Counted from the stretch's first letter, positions 19,085 to 28,116 are shown. The stretch is DNA of 64,000 nt from Acidimicrobiales bacterium (GCA_035526335.1 DATLCN010000026.1:14765-78764); one strand, 5' to 3'. Notes: generated by a model not told the origin, from the letters alone. Translations and numbers: made by a program.

Positions 19085-21163
19085 TTACGGCGCGGTGTCT
19101 GGGGAGCCCGGCGCCGGGTTGGGCGGCGCTTCCGGCTTCTTGGCCGCCGGTCGCGTGGCTTGTGCCGGCGCCGGTGACACCCCACCGACCTCACCGACGG
19201 TGCGGGCGTTGTCCGGTGACGCCTTGGGTACGGCAGCCGCCGCGGTCGGCACTGCGGCCGCCGGCGGAGGCAGCACCTGGAACTGGCGCAGGGCGTAGCG
19301 GGCCACCTGGGCGAACACCGGCGCGGCCACCAGCCCACCGAAGATCGGAGTGGGCTCGTCGAGGATGACGATGGCGCTCAGCTCGGGGCGCTCGGAGGGG
19401 ACGAAGCCGACGAAGCTCGAGACATAGGCGCCGGCCTTGTAGCCCCGGATGCCCTCGAGCGGCTTCCGCGCCGTGCCCGTCTTGCCGGCCACGGTGTAGC
19501 CGTCGACGGCGGCGAGCGTTCCCGTGCCGACGCGGACCACCTCGTTGAGCATGGCCGTCATCTGCTGCGCGGTGCGGGCCGAGACCACCCGGTGCCGGGC
19601 CGAGGGGGGCGTCGGGTGGCGCCGGCCCTCGCTGTCCACGGTGGCCTTGATCAGCTTCGGAGCCACGTAGGTGCCGGCGTTGGCGACGGTGTTGTAGGCG
19701 GCCAGCATCTGCATCCCGGTGACGGCCAGCCCCTGGCCGATGGCCACGGTGCCGATGGACGTGCCCGACCACTTCTTGGGGTCGAGCAGGATTCCGGCCG
19801 ATTCACCGGGGAACCCCAGACCGGTCTTGGAGCCGAGGCCGAAAGCGCGGACGTAGCGGTCGATCTTCTGCTTGCCCAGTTGCTGGGCGATCATGATCGA
19901 CCCGACGTTGGAGGAGTTGGCGACGATCTCGGTAACCGACCACCGCTCCACCGGATGGGGGTCGTGCTCGGAGAAGACGTGGTCCGCCACCTTGATCGTG
20001 CTCGGCACCACCAGCGAGTCCTCCGGATGGATGATGCCCTCCTCGATGGCCCCCGAGATCGTGATCACCTTGTTGACCGAACCGGGCTCGAAGACGTTGG
20101 TGACGGCCATGTTCTTGGTGGCCTGCCGGGGTGGTCCACCCTTGGGGTCGGCCGTGAGATTGGCCAGGGCCAGAACCTCGCCGGTGCGGGTCTGCATGAC
20201 GATCGCCATCCCTCCCTTGGCGTTGGACTTGACGATCTCGGCGGACAGCGCCCGCTCGGCCTCGTACTGGACGGCACGGTCCAGGGTCAGCACGAGGTCG
20301 TCGCCCTTGACCGGCGACGCCAGCTTGCGCACACCGCCCGGTATGTCCCGACCCTTCGGGTCCCGCTCCACCACCGTCTGGCCCGGCCGTCCCGCCAGTT
20401 GCTCCTCGAACTGGCGCTCCAGGCCCGCCAGCCCGTCGTTGTCGGTGCCCACCCGACCCACCACGGGTGCGGCAAGGTCGCCGGCGGGCAGGAACCGCTC
20501 GGGCTCCGGTATGAGGCTGACGCCGGGTAGCTGCAGCGCCTTGACCTGGGCGGCCACGTTGTCGTCGACCTTGCGGGAGAGGTACACGAACGCCTTGTCC
20601 TCGGTGAGCAGGGCCTGGAGTACCGGGGCCTTTCTGCCCAGCAGTGGCGCCAGCGCGTCGGCGACGGCCATGGGGTCGTTGACCAGACGGGGGTTGGCCA
20701 CGACGGTCGTCTGGCTGATGCTGAGGGCGAGGTCCCGGCCGTGGCGATCGAACAGCGAGCCTCGCTCGGCCGGGAGGTCGACGGTGCGGATGCGCTGGGT
20801 CTCCCCGAAAGCGGTGTAGCGCTTGGCCGAGAAGCCCTGGACCTGGACGAGACGGGCACTGAGTGCCCCGAACACGACGAGCATCGCGACCAGGACACCG
20901 ATCAGCCGGCGCCGGGGACCGGAGGTTCGGCGTCGGGCCGGGGTGCGGCGGGGTGCCGGGGGCGCTGCCCGGGGTGCCGGCCGGGATCGACTGGAGCTCT
21001 TCGGGCTGGGCGGCGCCGGCGGCACGGCGCGGGTCCGCCCGGAGGACCTTCTGTTCGCGGGCAGGGCCGGCCGGCCGGCGCGGGTCGTGCGGGCTCGGCC
21101 GGAGGAGACACGCTGTGCCTGCAGAACCGGCGGCCTCGGCCGCCGCCTGGACCCTACGGTCAC
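19085..21163 (-). CDS. ftsI: class B penicillin-binding protein (FtsI-type transpeptidase)
   Basis: SxxK (GSVNK), SxN (NSSNVG) and KTGT (AGKTGTA) motifs. It has a long Arg/Pro-rich cytoplasmic N-terminus, one TM helix and a Pro/Ala-rich C-terminal tail. The GTG start overlaps the ftsL stop. Confidence 0.9.
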   Translation of the reverse strand: MTVGSRRRPRPPVLQAQRVSSGRARTTRAGRPALPANRRSSGRTRAVPPAPPSPKSSSRSRPAPRAAPPAPRRTPARRRTSGPRRRLIGVLVAMLVVFGALSARLVQVQGFSAKRYTAFGETQRIRTVDLPAERGSLFDRHGRDLALSISQTTVVANPRLVNDPMAVADALAPLLGRKAPVLQALLTEDKAFVYLSRKVDDNVAAQVKALQLPGVSLIPEPERFLPAGDLAAPVVGRVGTDNDGLAGLERQFEEQLAGRPGQTVVERDPKGRDIPGGVRKLASPVKGDDLVLTLDRAVQYEAERALSAEIVKSNAKGGMAIVMQTRTGEVLALANLTADPKGGPPRQATKNMAVTNVFEPGSVNKVITISGAIEEGIIHPEDSLVVPSTIKVADHVFSEHDPHPVERWSVTEIVANSSNVGSIMIAQQLGKQKIDRYVRAFGLGSKTGLGFPGESAGILLDPKKWSGTSIGTVAIGQGLAVTGMQMLAAYNTVANAGTYVAPKLIKATVDSEGRRHPTPPSARHRVVSARTAQQMTAMLNEVVRVGTGTLAAVDGYTVAGKTGTARKPLEGIRGYKAGAYVSSFVGFVPSERPELSAIVILDEPTPIFGGLVAAPVFAQVARYALRQFQVLPPPAAAVPTAAAAVPKASPDNARTVGEVGGVSPAPAQATRPAAKKPEAPPNPAPGSPDTAP

Positions 21164-21663
21164 CGGCCGCTCGCGAGGGAACGCTTGACGCGTGAGTAGT
21201 CGTCCTCCTCGGCGGCGGAGCCCTGGTCCCTGTCGTCGGAGCCGTCGGCGGGGGCCGACACCGCTCCGGTGGGAGACAGGTAGGTGACGCTCGGGGGAGG
21301 CACCATCCCCAGGCGCTCCTGGGCGGCGGCGACGATGCGGGACGGGGACTCGAGCTCGGCGACCTTCAGTCGCAGCCGTTCGTACCGGGACTGCTCGCTG
21401 GCGGCGCGGGCCCGGAGGACGTCCAGACGGAACTGTCCCTGGGTCAACATCACGTGCGAAGCCACCAGTCCGAAGAGGCTCACGAGCACGCCCACAGAAA
21501 CGAGCAGGGTGACGAGCCTGGCCCGGCGAGGACGCCGGCGGGGCGCCGGCAGGACCACCCGGAGCGGCGGCTTCGTACCCTCCTCGGACGGCGACCGGCG
21601 ATGGGGTACGGACGGCGGCGCCGGCGGCGCGGCGGCCTGGCGACTGGACACCGGAGCCGTCAC
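21160..21663 (-). CDS. ftsL: FtsL-like septum-formation initiator (single-pass membrane, coiled-coil)
   Basis: Basic N-terminus, TM helix LVTLLVSVGVLVSLFGLVA, then a coiled-coil (RLDVLRARAASEQSRYERLRLKVAELESPSRI). Canonical position between rsmH and ftsI. Confidence 0.6.
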   Translation of the reverse strand: MTAPVSSRQAAAPPAPPSVPHRRSPSEEGTKPPLRVVLPAPRRRPRRARLVTLLVSVGVLVSLFGLVASHVMLTQGQFRLDVLRARAASEQSRYERLRLKVAELESPSRIVAAAQERLGMVPPPSVTYLSPTGAVSAPADGSDDRDQGSAAEEDDYSRVKRSLASGR

Positions 21664-21736
21664 CGGTGCACCCGCCGGCCCCGGTGACGGACTTTCAACG
21701 TCACGACGATCACGCCGGCCGCGCCGGTCGGGTCCC

Positions 21737-22669
21737 TCACGGCAGGCGCTCGCAGACCCGGAGACGGGCGCTCTCGGCCCGGCGGTTGGCCGCCACCTCG
21801 GCGGGAGACGGCTTGCGTGAACCCCTGGTCAGGAGCTTCACCAGGGGTTCGGCCCCGCAGACGCAGGGAAGGGTGGGCGGGCACACGCAACCACCGGAAG
21901 CGGCGCGGGCGAAGCGCTCCTTGACGATCCTGTCCTCGCCGGAGTGGTAGGCGAGCACGACGCAGCGGCCATGGGGGACCAGCAGCGCCACCGCTGCGTC
22001 CAGGGCCGGGCCCAGGACGTCGAGCTCGTCGTTCACCGCGATGCGGACGGCCTGGAACACGCGCCGGGCGGGATGACCGCCGGTTCGTCTCGCCGCTGCG
22101 GGGATGGCGTCACGTACGACCTCGGCCAGCTCGACCGTCGTCGTCAGGGGACGCCGTTCGACGATGCGCCCGGCGATCCTCCGGGCGAACCGGCGCTCAC
22201 CACTCTCGGCGATCAGCCTGGCCAGCTCGTGCTCGGTGGCGCCGTTGACCACGTCGGCCGCCGTCCGGCCGGTGGAGCGGTCCATCCGCATGTCGAGGGG
22301 GGCATCGAGGCGGTAGGAGAAGCCGCGCCCGGCCTGGTCCAACTGCGGGGAGCTGACGCCGAGGTCGAACAGCACGCCGCTGACCCGTACACCGAGCCGC
22401 TCCGCCACGTCGGCGATGCGGTCGAAGCGGGCATGTTCGAGCCCGACCACACGATCCCCGTGCTCGTCCAGCGTCGAGGCCGCGGCCTCTAGGGCCGCCT
22501 CGTCACGGTCGATGCCCAACAGGCGGATGTGCGGGTGGGCCCGTAGAAGGGCGCGGGCATGGCCCCCTCCTCCCAACGTGGCGTCTACCACCACGCCGGC
22601 GGGAACGGGCGCCATCAAGGAGACGATCTCCTCGACCATCACCGGACGGTGCTCGAATGCCCGGCTCAT
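21737..22669 (-). CDS. rsmH: 16S rRNA (cytosine1402-N4)-methyltransferase
   Basis: HRPVMVEEIV, DATLGGGGHA, FDLGVSSPQLD and SYHSGEDRIVK-type (AYHSGEDRIVK) motifs. ATG 22669 is preceded by a GGGAGG SD. The track ORF 21737..23227 is over-extended. Confidence 0.95.
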   Translation of the reverse strand: MSRAFEHRPVMVEEIVSLMAPVPAGVVVDATLGGGGHARALLRAHPHIRLLGIDRDEAALEAAASTLDEHGDRVVGLEHARFDRIADVAERLGVRVSGVLFDLGVSSPQLDQAGRGFSYRLDAPLDMRMDRSTGRTAADVVNGATEHELARLIAESGERRFARRIAGRIVERRPLTTTVELAEVVRDAIPAAARRTGGHPARRVFQAVRIAVNDELDVLGPALDAAVALLVPHGRCVVLAYHSGEDRIVKERFARAASGGCVCPPTLPCVCGAEPLVKLLTRGSRKPSPAEVAANRRAESARLRVCERLP

Positions 22670-22788
22670 CCGCAGCCTCCCGACCGGGGCAATGGCACCG
22701 GGGGCGGAGAGGTGGTCATCGACCTCACCAGTCGAGAGGCAGCGCATGGGCCGGGCATGTGTCGCGGTCGCGGTCGCGTTCGGGTCCC

Positions 22789-23208
22789 CTACTCGTCGTC
22801 TTCCTCGGTCAGCCGGCGCTCGGCGGCGGCCACCTTCTCGACCCAGACCTCGGGGTTCCAGAGCTCGACCCGGTCCATGGCTCCGTTCACCAGAACCGCA
22901 TCCACGAGCCGGGCGTACTCCCGGAGGTACGGGGCGATGGCCAGCCGGCCCTGGCGGTCGACGTCGACCTCCTCGGTGCCCGCCGCCCACAGCCGGGCCA
23001 GGTTGCGCTCGTCCCGGCTCCCGTTCTGGGCCTCCTCCATGAGCTTGGACTGCGCCTCGAAGGCCTCCGTCGTCCAGAGCGCCAGGCACCGCCCGCGGAA
23101 CTTGGTGAGGAAGGCACCCCGCTCGAAGGACTGGCGGAACTTCGCCGGAAGGATGACCCGACCCTTGGGGTCCAGCGAGTGCTCGTGGCGCCCGAAGAAC
23201 CTGGCCAT
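22789..23208 (-). CDS. mraZ: transcriptional regulator MraZ
   Basis: MARFFGRHEHSLDPKGRVILPAKFR ... DRQGRLAIAPYLREYA shows the two DxxxR SpoVT/AbrB-like repeats. Confidence 0.95.
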   Translation of the reverse strand: MARFFGRHEHSLDPKGRVILPAKFRQSFERGAFLTKFRGRCLALWTTEAFEAQSKLMEEAQNGSRDERNLARLWAAGTEEVDVDRQGRLAIAPYLREYARLVDAVLVNGAMDRVELWNPEVWVEKVAAAERRLTEEDDE

Positions 23209-23262
23209 GTGCGATCGTGCTCCTCACCGTTGGCTCCCTCTGGAGCGATGAAGGGGAACGCC

Positions 23263-23288
23263 CTCCCCTTCACTCCACTTCGCTCCAC
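23263..23288 (-). promoter_or_regulatory. candidate MraZ operator: three direct hexamer repeats at 10-bp phasing (GTGGAG-N4-GTGGAG-N4-GGGGAG)
   Basis: The minus strand reads ctGTGGAGcgaaGTGGAGtgaaGGGGAGggc, starting inside the -10. MraZ operators described in other bacteria are direct repeats of a G-rich motif spaced about one helical turn apart. The third repeat is part of an 8-bp-stem hairpin (23250..23271, GAAGGGGA/TCCCCTTC). Confidence 0.5.
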
Positions 23289-23315
23289 AGTAAACCCCTT
23301 GCCTCCCTGAGTCAA
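23287..23315 (-). promoter_or_regulatory. candidate dcw/mraZ promoter (-35 TTGACT, 17-nt spacer, -10 TACTGT)
   Basis: The minus strand reads TTGACTcagggaggcaaggggttTACTGT, about 80 nt upstream of the mraZ ATG. Confidence 0.5.
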
Positions 23316-23923
23316 GCGGTTTGTCCTCCAGCCGGGAGATGACCCACCACCGCCTGCTCAAGCTGATCGGCCGGGATGCCGGCGACCGCGGCGGCGAAGA
23401 GGCGGGCGTCGGCCTCGAACCGGGAGCGGGAGGTGGCGTCGAGGGCCAGCAGGGCGGCCATGGCGTGCGGGTCCCAGACCCGCGGGATGGCACACTGGAA
23501 AAAGGAGCCCGAGCGGACCCGGCGCTGCGAGATGCCGACCACCTTGGCGCCGGCGGCGGTCACCTCACCGGGTCCGATGCCGGCGAAGCAGACCATCCTC
23601 GACCATCTGGAGGAGAGCAGGCCCCCGCGGTGGACGGCGAGCCCGGGGACACCGAGACTGTCAAGCGCCGCGGCGAGAACATCACCGAGCCACCAGAAGG
23701 CCCGGCCGACATCGGCCTGCCACAGCGGGTCCGACGACGGGACGACGACATCGGCCCAGACCATTCGTCGAGGCTCTACCAGCACCGCGCCGCCCCCGCT
23801 ACGCCGGCGGACGACGTCGACGCCGGCAGCGGCAGCGGCCGCTGAGTCCGCGTCGGTGGACGGCTGGGTCGATCCCAGCACCAGCGCCGGCCGGTCCACC
23901 TCGCAGAACGTGACGGACCTCAC
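23312..23923 (-). CDS. biotin/lipoate A/B protein ligase-family (LplA/LipB-like) protein
   Basis: PALVLGSTQ ... VVRRRSGGGAVLVEP ... KVVGISQRR resembles the RRxxGGGAV and K..G.aQ core of the BPL/LplA/LipB catalytic fold. The start is uncertain: the frame is open back to the stop of the upstream HNH gene. Confidence 0.5.
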   Translation of the reverse strand: MRSVTFCEVDRPALVLGSTQPSTDADSAAAAAAGVDVVRRRSGGGAVLVEPRRMVWADVVVPSSDPLWQADVGRAFWWLGDVLAAALDSLGVPGLAVHRGGLLSSRWSRMVCFAGIGPGEVTAAGAKVVGISQRRVRSGSFFQCAIPRVWDPHAMAALLALDATSRSRFEADARLFAAAVAGIPADQLEQAVVGHLPAGGQTA

Positions 23924-24022
23924 CGACCAGTCGATGGTCCGGCCGTGGAGATCCGCCGCCGGCGCCCTCAGATGGGCGATGGACCAGGCCGGCGCCGGCC
24001 GGTCGACGATCTCGGACCGCTC

Positions 24023-24529
24023 TCAGGCCGACAGGGTGGTGAGCCCGAGGTACGGCTCCCAGTCGGGACGGGGACTACCGCCGGCGGCCAGGACCCACGC
24101 GCCCTCGCGGGGAGCGGCGGGAGCGCGCCGGAGGGTGAGGCTGGTCTCGTGCAGGAAGCGGTCCTCCTTGCGCGTGTTGCAGGGCCGGCAGGCGGCCACC
24201 ACGTTCTCCCAGGTGTGGAGGCCGCCCTTGCTGCGGGGCACGACGTGGTCGATGTTCTCGGCCGCACCGCCGCAGTACTGGCAGCTGTGGCCGTCGCGAG
24301 CGAACACGGCGCGGCGATTCAGGGCGACGCGCGTCTGGTACGGGACCCTCACGAAGTAGGACAAACGGATCACCGACGGCTCTGGAAAGACGGCCCGCTC
24401 GGAGCGGAACACGGCGTCGCCGGCAGTGAGCATCTCCGCCTTCTCCGACAGGACCAGCACGAGCGCCCGGCGGCCGGGCACGACACAGAGCGGCTCATAC
24501 GTCGCGTTGAGAAGAAGCGCTCTGGACAC
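24023..24529 (-). CDS. HNH endonuclease (stand-alone, conserved actinobacterial type)
   Basis: RDGHSCQYCGG...IDHVVPRSKGGLHTWENVVAACRPCNTRK is an HNH motif with Cys4 zinc ligands. Confidence 0.8.
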   Translation of the reverse strand: MSRALLLNATYEPLCVVPGRRALVLVLSEKAEMLTAGDAVFRSERAVFPEPSVIRLSYFVRVPYQTRVALNRRAVFARDGHSCQYCGGAAENIDHVVPRSKGGLHTWENVVAACRPCNTRKEDRFLHETSLTLRRAPAAPREGAWVLAAGGSPRPDWEPYLGLTTLSA

Positions 24530-24580
24530 GGCCGGGCTCTAACCGCCCGAAGGCGCTGGTGGCAGGCCCATTACGGAACT

Positions 24581-24823
24581 TTACCGCAGGCTCCGCAGGC
24601 CGCTCCGGCACCATTCGAGGTAGGCCACCACGTCGCGGGCGCCCGGTTCGGCGGCGCTGTCGCCGTACATCGTCTCCATTCGGAAGGCCAAATACGCGGG
24701 GTCCGGGAGAGGCAGGAAGGGCCGCCGGCGCCACCAACCGCTCGGCGCCATGGCGAGGGTCTGGCGGGCGGCCGTGGTCCACAGATCGGGGCGGCGGGCG
24801 AGCGCCGGGAGAACCCGCACCAT
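24581..24823 (-). CDS. small conserved-looking hypothetical protein (80 aa)
   Basis: MVRVLPALARRPDLWTTAARQ...PDPAYLAFRMETMYGD...VVAYLEWCR. Coding-type GC3, located immediately downstream of the ROK kinase. The upstream part of track ORF 24581..24991 overlaps the ROK gene and was trimmed. Confidence 0.4.
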   Translation of the reverse strand: MVRVLPALARRPDLWTTAARQTLAMAPSGWWRRRPFLPLPDPAYLAFRMETMYGDSAAEPGARDVVAYLEWCRSGLRSLR

Positions 24824-24878
24824 CGTGAGGCGGCGTCCGGTCTTTCGCCCGGACGACCCGCCCCCCGGGCCTTGGGCG

Positions 24879-25769
24879 CTACTCAACCGGGGCACCGGTT
24901 CCGCTGCGGGCGAGGCCCTCGAAGCCGACCCTGGCCGCGCCCACCAGGCCGGCGTCCGCACCCAGCGCGGCAGGCACGACGCGGGTGCCACGGGAGAAGG
25001 CGAGGCGGGCGGAGCGGTCCACTTCGGCCTGGGCGGCGGTGAAGAAGGGCTCGCCGAAACCGAGGGCGACCGAGCCGGCGATCACCGCCAGGCGCAGATC
25101 CAGCAGATTCGCCACCGATGCGACGGCGCGGCCGACGAGGCTCCCTGTCCGCACCACCACCTCCGGTCCGGCCTCCGCCGGGTGCCGCCCGGTCACCGCG
25201 GCGATGGAGGGTCCCGACGCCTCCGCCTCCAGGCATCCCCTGGCCCCGCAGGCGCAGATCCGGCCGACGACCGGCTCGACGATCACGTGCCCTATGTGGC
25301 CGGCGTTACCGCCGGCGCCGTCGAGCAGGCGACCGCCGGAGACGATGCCCCCGCCGACGCCGGTCGAGACCACCATGGCGACGTAGTCGGCCACCCCGCG
25401 GGCGGCGCCCATCCATCCTTCGCCGAGGGCCAGCGCCTTGGCGTCGTTGTCGAGATGGACGGGGAGGCCAGTGGCCGAGGCCAGCCGGCGGCGCAGGGGA
25501 AAGTCCACCCACGCCCGGATGTTCAGCGGCGACACCTTCTCGCCTCCCGCGGGGCCGAACGTCATCGGCCCTCCGCATCCAACACCGCAGGCCACCTCGT
25601 CACCCTGCCGCACCTCTTCGACCGCACCGATGACCGCGGCGAACAGTGCTTCGGCGTCACCCTTCACCGTCGGTATGCGGACGGCCCGCGCCACCTCGCC
25701 GCCCTCACCGACGACGGCCGCCGCCAGCTTCGTGCCGCCGATGTCGAGGGCCAGGACGCGCCGCACCAT
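24879..25769 (-). CDS. ROK-family sugar kinase (glucokinase-like)
   Basis: LALDIGGTKLAAAVV, LDNDAKALALGE, VSTGVGGGIV and the zinc motif GHIGHVIVEP..GRICACGARGCLE. Confidence 0.85.
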   Translation of the reverse strand: MVRRVLALDIGGTKLAAAVVGEGGEVARAVRIPTVKGDAEALFAAVIGAVEEVRQGDEVACGVGCGGPMTFGPAGGEKVSPLNIRAWVDFPLRRRLASATGLPVHLDNDAKALALGEGWMGAARGVADYVAMVVSTGVGGGIVSGGRLLDGAGGNAGHIGHVIVEPVVGRICACGARGCLEAEASGPSIAAVTGRHPAEAGPEVVVRTGSLVGRAVASVANLLDLRLAVIAGSVALGFGEPFFTAAQAEVDRSARLAFSRGTRVVPAALGADAGLVGAARVGFEGLARSGTGAPVE

Positions 25770-25799
25770 CGGACGGTACCTGCCGTAGGGTTCGCGACC

Positions 25800-26780
25800 G
25801 TGGCGAGGCAGCGGGTGGGCGCGATCACGACGAGCTTCGCCGGCACCTTCGAGGGCATCGTCGCCAACGTCGAGCAGGTCATCCAGGGCAAGGGAGAGGC
25901 CATCCGTCTGGCCGTCTGCTGCCTCGTCGCCGAGGGTCACCTCCTGATCGAGGACGTCCCGGGCGTGGGGAAGACCACGCTGGCCAAGGCCATCGCCGCC
26001 TCCCTGGGATGCTCGTGGCACCGGATCCAGTTCACACCCGACCTGCTGCCCTCCGACGTCACCGGCGTAACCGTGTACAGCCGCAGCAACGGCAGCTTCG
26101 AGTTCCGCCCGGGCGGGATCTTCGCCAACATCGTTCTGGGTGACGAGATCAACCGGGCGTCACCCAAGACGCAGTCGGCCCTTCTCGAGGCGATGCAGGA
26201 GGGGCAGGTCACCGTGGATGCCACCACCTACGCCCTCCCCACGCCGTTCATGGTCATCGCCACTCAGAACCCGGTCGAGCACGAGGGGACGTACCCGCTC
26301 CCCGAGAGCCAGCTCGACCGCTTCCTCATGCGGATCCCCATGGGATACCCCGATCGGGCCAGCGAGATCGAGATGCTCGACACCCATGGCGGGCTCTCCA
26401 CGACCGAGGTCGAGGACCTGGCCCCGGTGGTGAGCCTGGAGGCGGTGGAGGCAATGACCGCCGCGGCCAAGGCGATCCACGTGGCGCCTGGGATCAAGGG
26501 CTACCTGGTCGACCTGGCCGACGCCACCCGCCGGCACCCCGGTCTCGCGCTGGGTATCTCGCCCCGGGCCACTCTGGCCCTGCAGGGTGCGGCGAGAGCA
26601 CGGGCCGCTTCGCTCGACCGCGGGTACGTGGTGCCGGACGACATCAAGGCGCTGGCCGGGCCCGTGCTCGGGCACCGCCTCGTGATCAGAGCAGAAGCGG
26701 CGATGGGGGGTACATCGGCCTCCGAGGTGCTGGCCCAGGTGCTCGGGTCGGTGCCCGTGCCCGCCGGTCGGGCGGGTTGA
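25800..26780 (+). CDS. moxR: MoxR-family AAA+ ATPase
   Basis: HLLIEDVPGVGKTTLAKAIA (Walker A), ANIVLGDEINRASPKTQSALLEAM (Walker B/sensor) and VIATQNPVEHEGTYPLPESQLDRF. GTG 25800 was chosen. The rest of track ORF 24750..26780 is antisense to the ROK gene. Confidence 0.9.
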   Translation: MARQRVGAITTSFAGTFEGIVANVEQVIQGKGEAIRLAVCCLVAEGHLLIEDVPGVGKTTLAKAIAASLGCSWHRIQFTPDLLPSDVTGVTVYSRSNGSFEFRPGGIFANIVLGDEINRASPKTQSALLEAMQEGQVTVDATTYALPTPFMVIATQNPVEHEGTYPLPESQLDRFLMRIPMGYPDRASEIEMLDTHGGLSTTEVEDLAPVVSLEAVEAMTAAAKAIHVAPGIKGYLVDLADATRRHPGLALGISPRATLALQGAARARAASLDRGYVVPDDIKALAGPVLGHRLVIRAEAAMGGTSASEVLAQVLGSVPVPAGRAG

Positions 26781-26798
26781 GCCGGTCGGGCGGGTTGA
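26763..26798. repeat. perfect 18-bp tandem duplication spanning the moxR stop codon
   Basis: GCCGGTCGGGCGGGTTGA x2 (26763..26780 and 26781..26798). The first copy ends with the moxR TGA. Confidence 0.9.
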
Positions 26799-26835
26799 GA
26801 ACCGGCGCCCCGACGCGTCGCACCGCCCCCACGGT

Positions 26836-28116
26836 GTGCCCGTAGCCATGCTGACCCGTCGGGGCTGGCTGTTGCTGCTCGGGGCAGCGGTCTTGGCCAT
26901 GGTCGGCCGGCTGCTCGGGCTGGTCGAGCTGTTCATGCTGGCGGCCTCGGCCGTGGCCATGGTGGCGGGCGCCGCCCTGTACGTGAGAGTCAGGTCCTTC
27001 TCCGTAGAGGCCACCCGCGAGCTGCGACCGCCACGGGTCCCCGCCGGCACCGACAGCCGGGTCGAGCTGCGCGTCCGCAACCGGGGCCGGCGGCGCTCGC
27101 CGGTGCTCGCGGCGGGGGACCCCTTCGACGGTGGGAGGCGCCTGGCCCACTTCCTTCTGGCACCGCTGGATCCCGGCGAGGCGGCGAAGGCCGCCTACCG
27201 GCTACCCACCGGGAAGCGCGGCATCTACGACCTGGGCCCTCTCACCCTCGAGCTCTCCGATCCCTTCGGACTGGCCCGGCGCTGCGTGGTGGCGGCGCCC
27301 GTCACCTCCCTGACCGTCTTCCCGAGGGTGGATCCCATCGACGCCCCTGCGCCGACCCGGGGGCACGACGTGTTCGCCTCGGCCAACCACCCGACGGCTC
27401 TCGCCTCCTCCGGGGAGGACTTCTACGCGCTGCGGGAGTACGAGGTGGGTGACGATTTGCGGCGGGTGCACTGGAAGTCCAGCGCCAAGTTGGACCAGCT
27501 CATGATCCGCCAGGACGAGGTGCCCTGGCAGGGGCGGGCGACGGTGGTGCTCGACCTGAACCCGCTGGCCCACACGCCCGATTCGTTGGAGGTGGCGGTT
27601 TCGGCCGCCGCGAGCATCGTCACCGCCTGCTGGCGGCGGCGGTCGGTGGTGCGTTTGGTGTCGACCGACGGCGTGGATTCCGGACCGGGTTCGGCGCCCT
27701 CCCACCTCGAGGCCATGCTCGAGCACCTGGCCGGCGCCGGCCTCGATGGCGGAGCGGCCGGCACCGGGCCGGCCCACCTGCCTCGGTCCCTCGGTGCCGT
27801 CCTCGCCTCGTTGCGGCGGGAGGGCGACGGCGCCGCCGTGGCCGTCGTGACCACCTCCCAGGCGCCGGACTCCGGTATCGACACCGTGCGCCGGATACGC
27901 AGCCGGTTCGGCTCCGTGACCCTGGTGGTGATCGAAACCGGTGCCGGCCAGACCGGCCGTCCCGTGGCCGGGCTCTCCTCCGTCGTGCGGGTGACCCCTA
28001 CGGTGCCTTTCGCCGCCGCCTGGGCGGAATCCCCCGCCGGTCGCGGCGGAAGGCGGCGCACGGCTGCGACACGGCGCAGGCCGGCCCCGCCCACCATCGC
28101 CAAAGGCGCCCCTTGA
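26836..28116 (+). CDS. DUF58-domain protein (vWA-like partner of MoxR)
   Basis: Two N-terminal TM helices, then ...DPFGLARR..., GEDFYALREYEVGDDLRRVHWKSSAKLDQLMIR, the DUF58 signature. Confidence 0.85.
   Translation: MPVAMLTRRGWLLLLGAAVLAMVGRLLGLVELFMLAASAVAMVAGAALYVRVRSFSVEATRELRPPRVPAGTDSRVELRVRNRGRRRSPVLAAGDPFDGGRRLAHFLLAPLDPGEAAKAAYRLPTGKRGIYDLGPLTLELSDPFGLARRCVVAAPVTSLTVFPRVDPIDAPAPTRGHDVFASANHPTALASSGEDFYALREYEVGDDLRRVHWKSSAKLDQLMIRQDEVPWQGRATVVLDLNPLAHTPDSLEVAVSAAASIVTACWRRRSVVRLVSTDGVDSGPGSAPSHLEAMLEHLAGAGLDGGAAGTGPAHLPRSLGAVLASLRREGDGAAVAVVTTSQAPDSGIDTVRRIRSRFGSVTLVVIETGAGQTGRPVAGLSSVVRVTPTVPFAAAWAESPAGRGGRRRTAATRRRPAPPTIAKGAP

Noticed and set aside
22670-22788. The mraZ-rsmH spacer (119 nt, with a (GCGACC)3 tract and small hairpins) as a structured RNA such as the mraW motif.
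   Set aside because: I saw only short, weak stems and no pattern I can match from memory. An Infernal scan would be needed, so I made no call.
24023-24529. The HNH endonuclease as a mobile element or a defence-system component.
   Set aside because: It is a small stand-alone HNH protein with no adjacent methylase, intron or intein context, transposase, repeats or compositional shift. It looks like the conserved housekeeping-type actinobacterial HNH protein.
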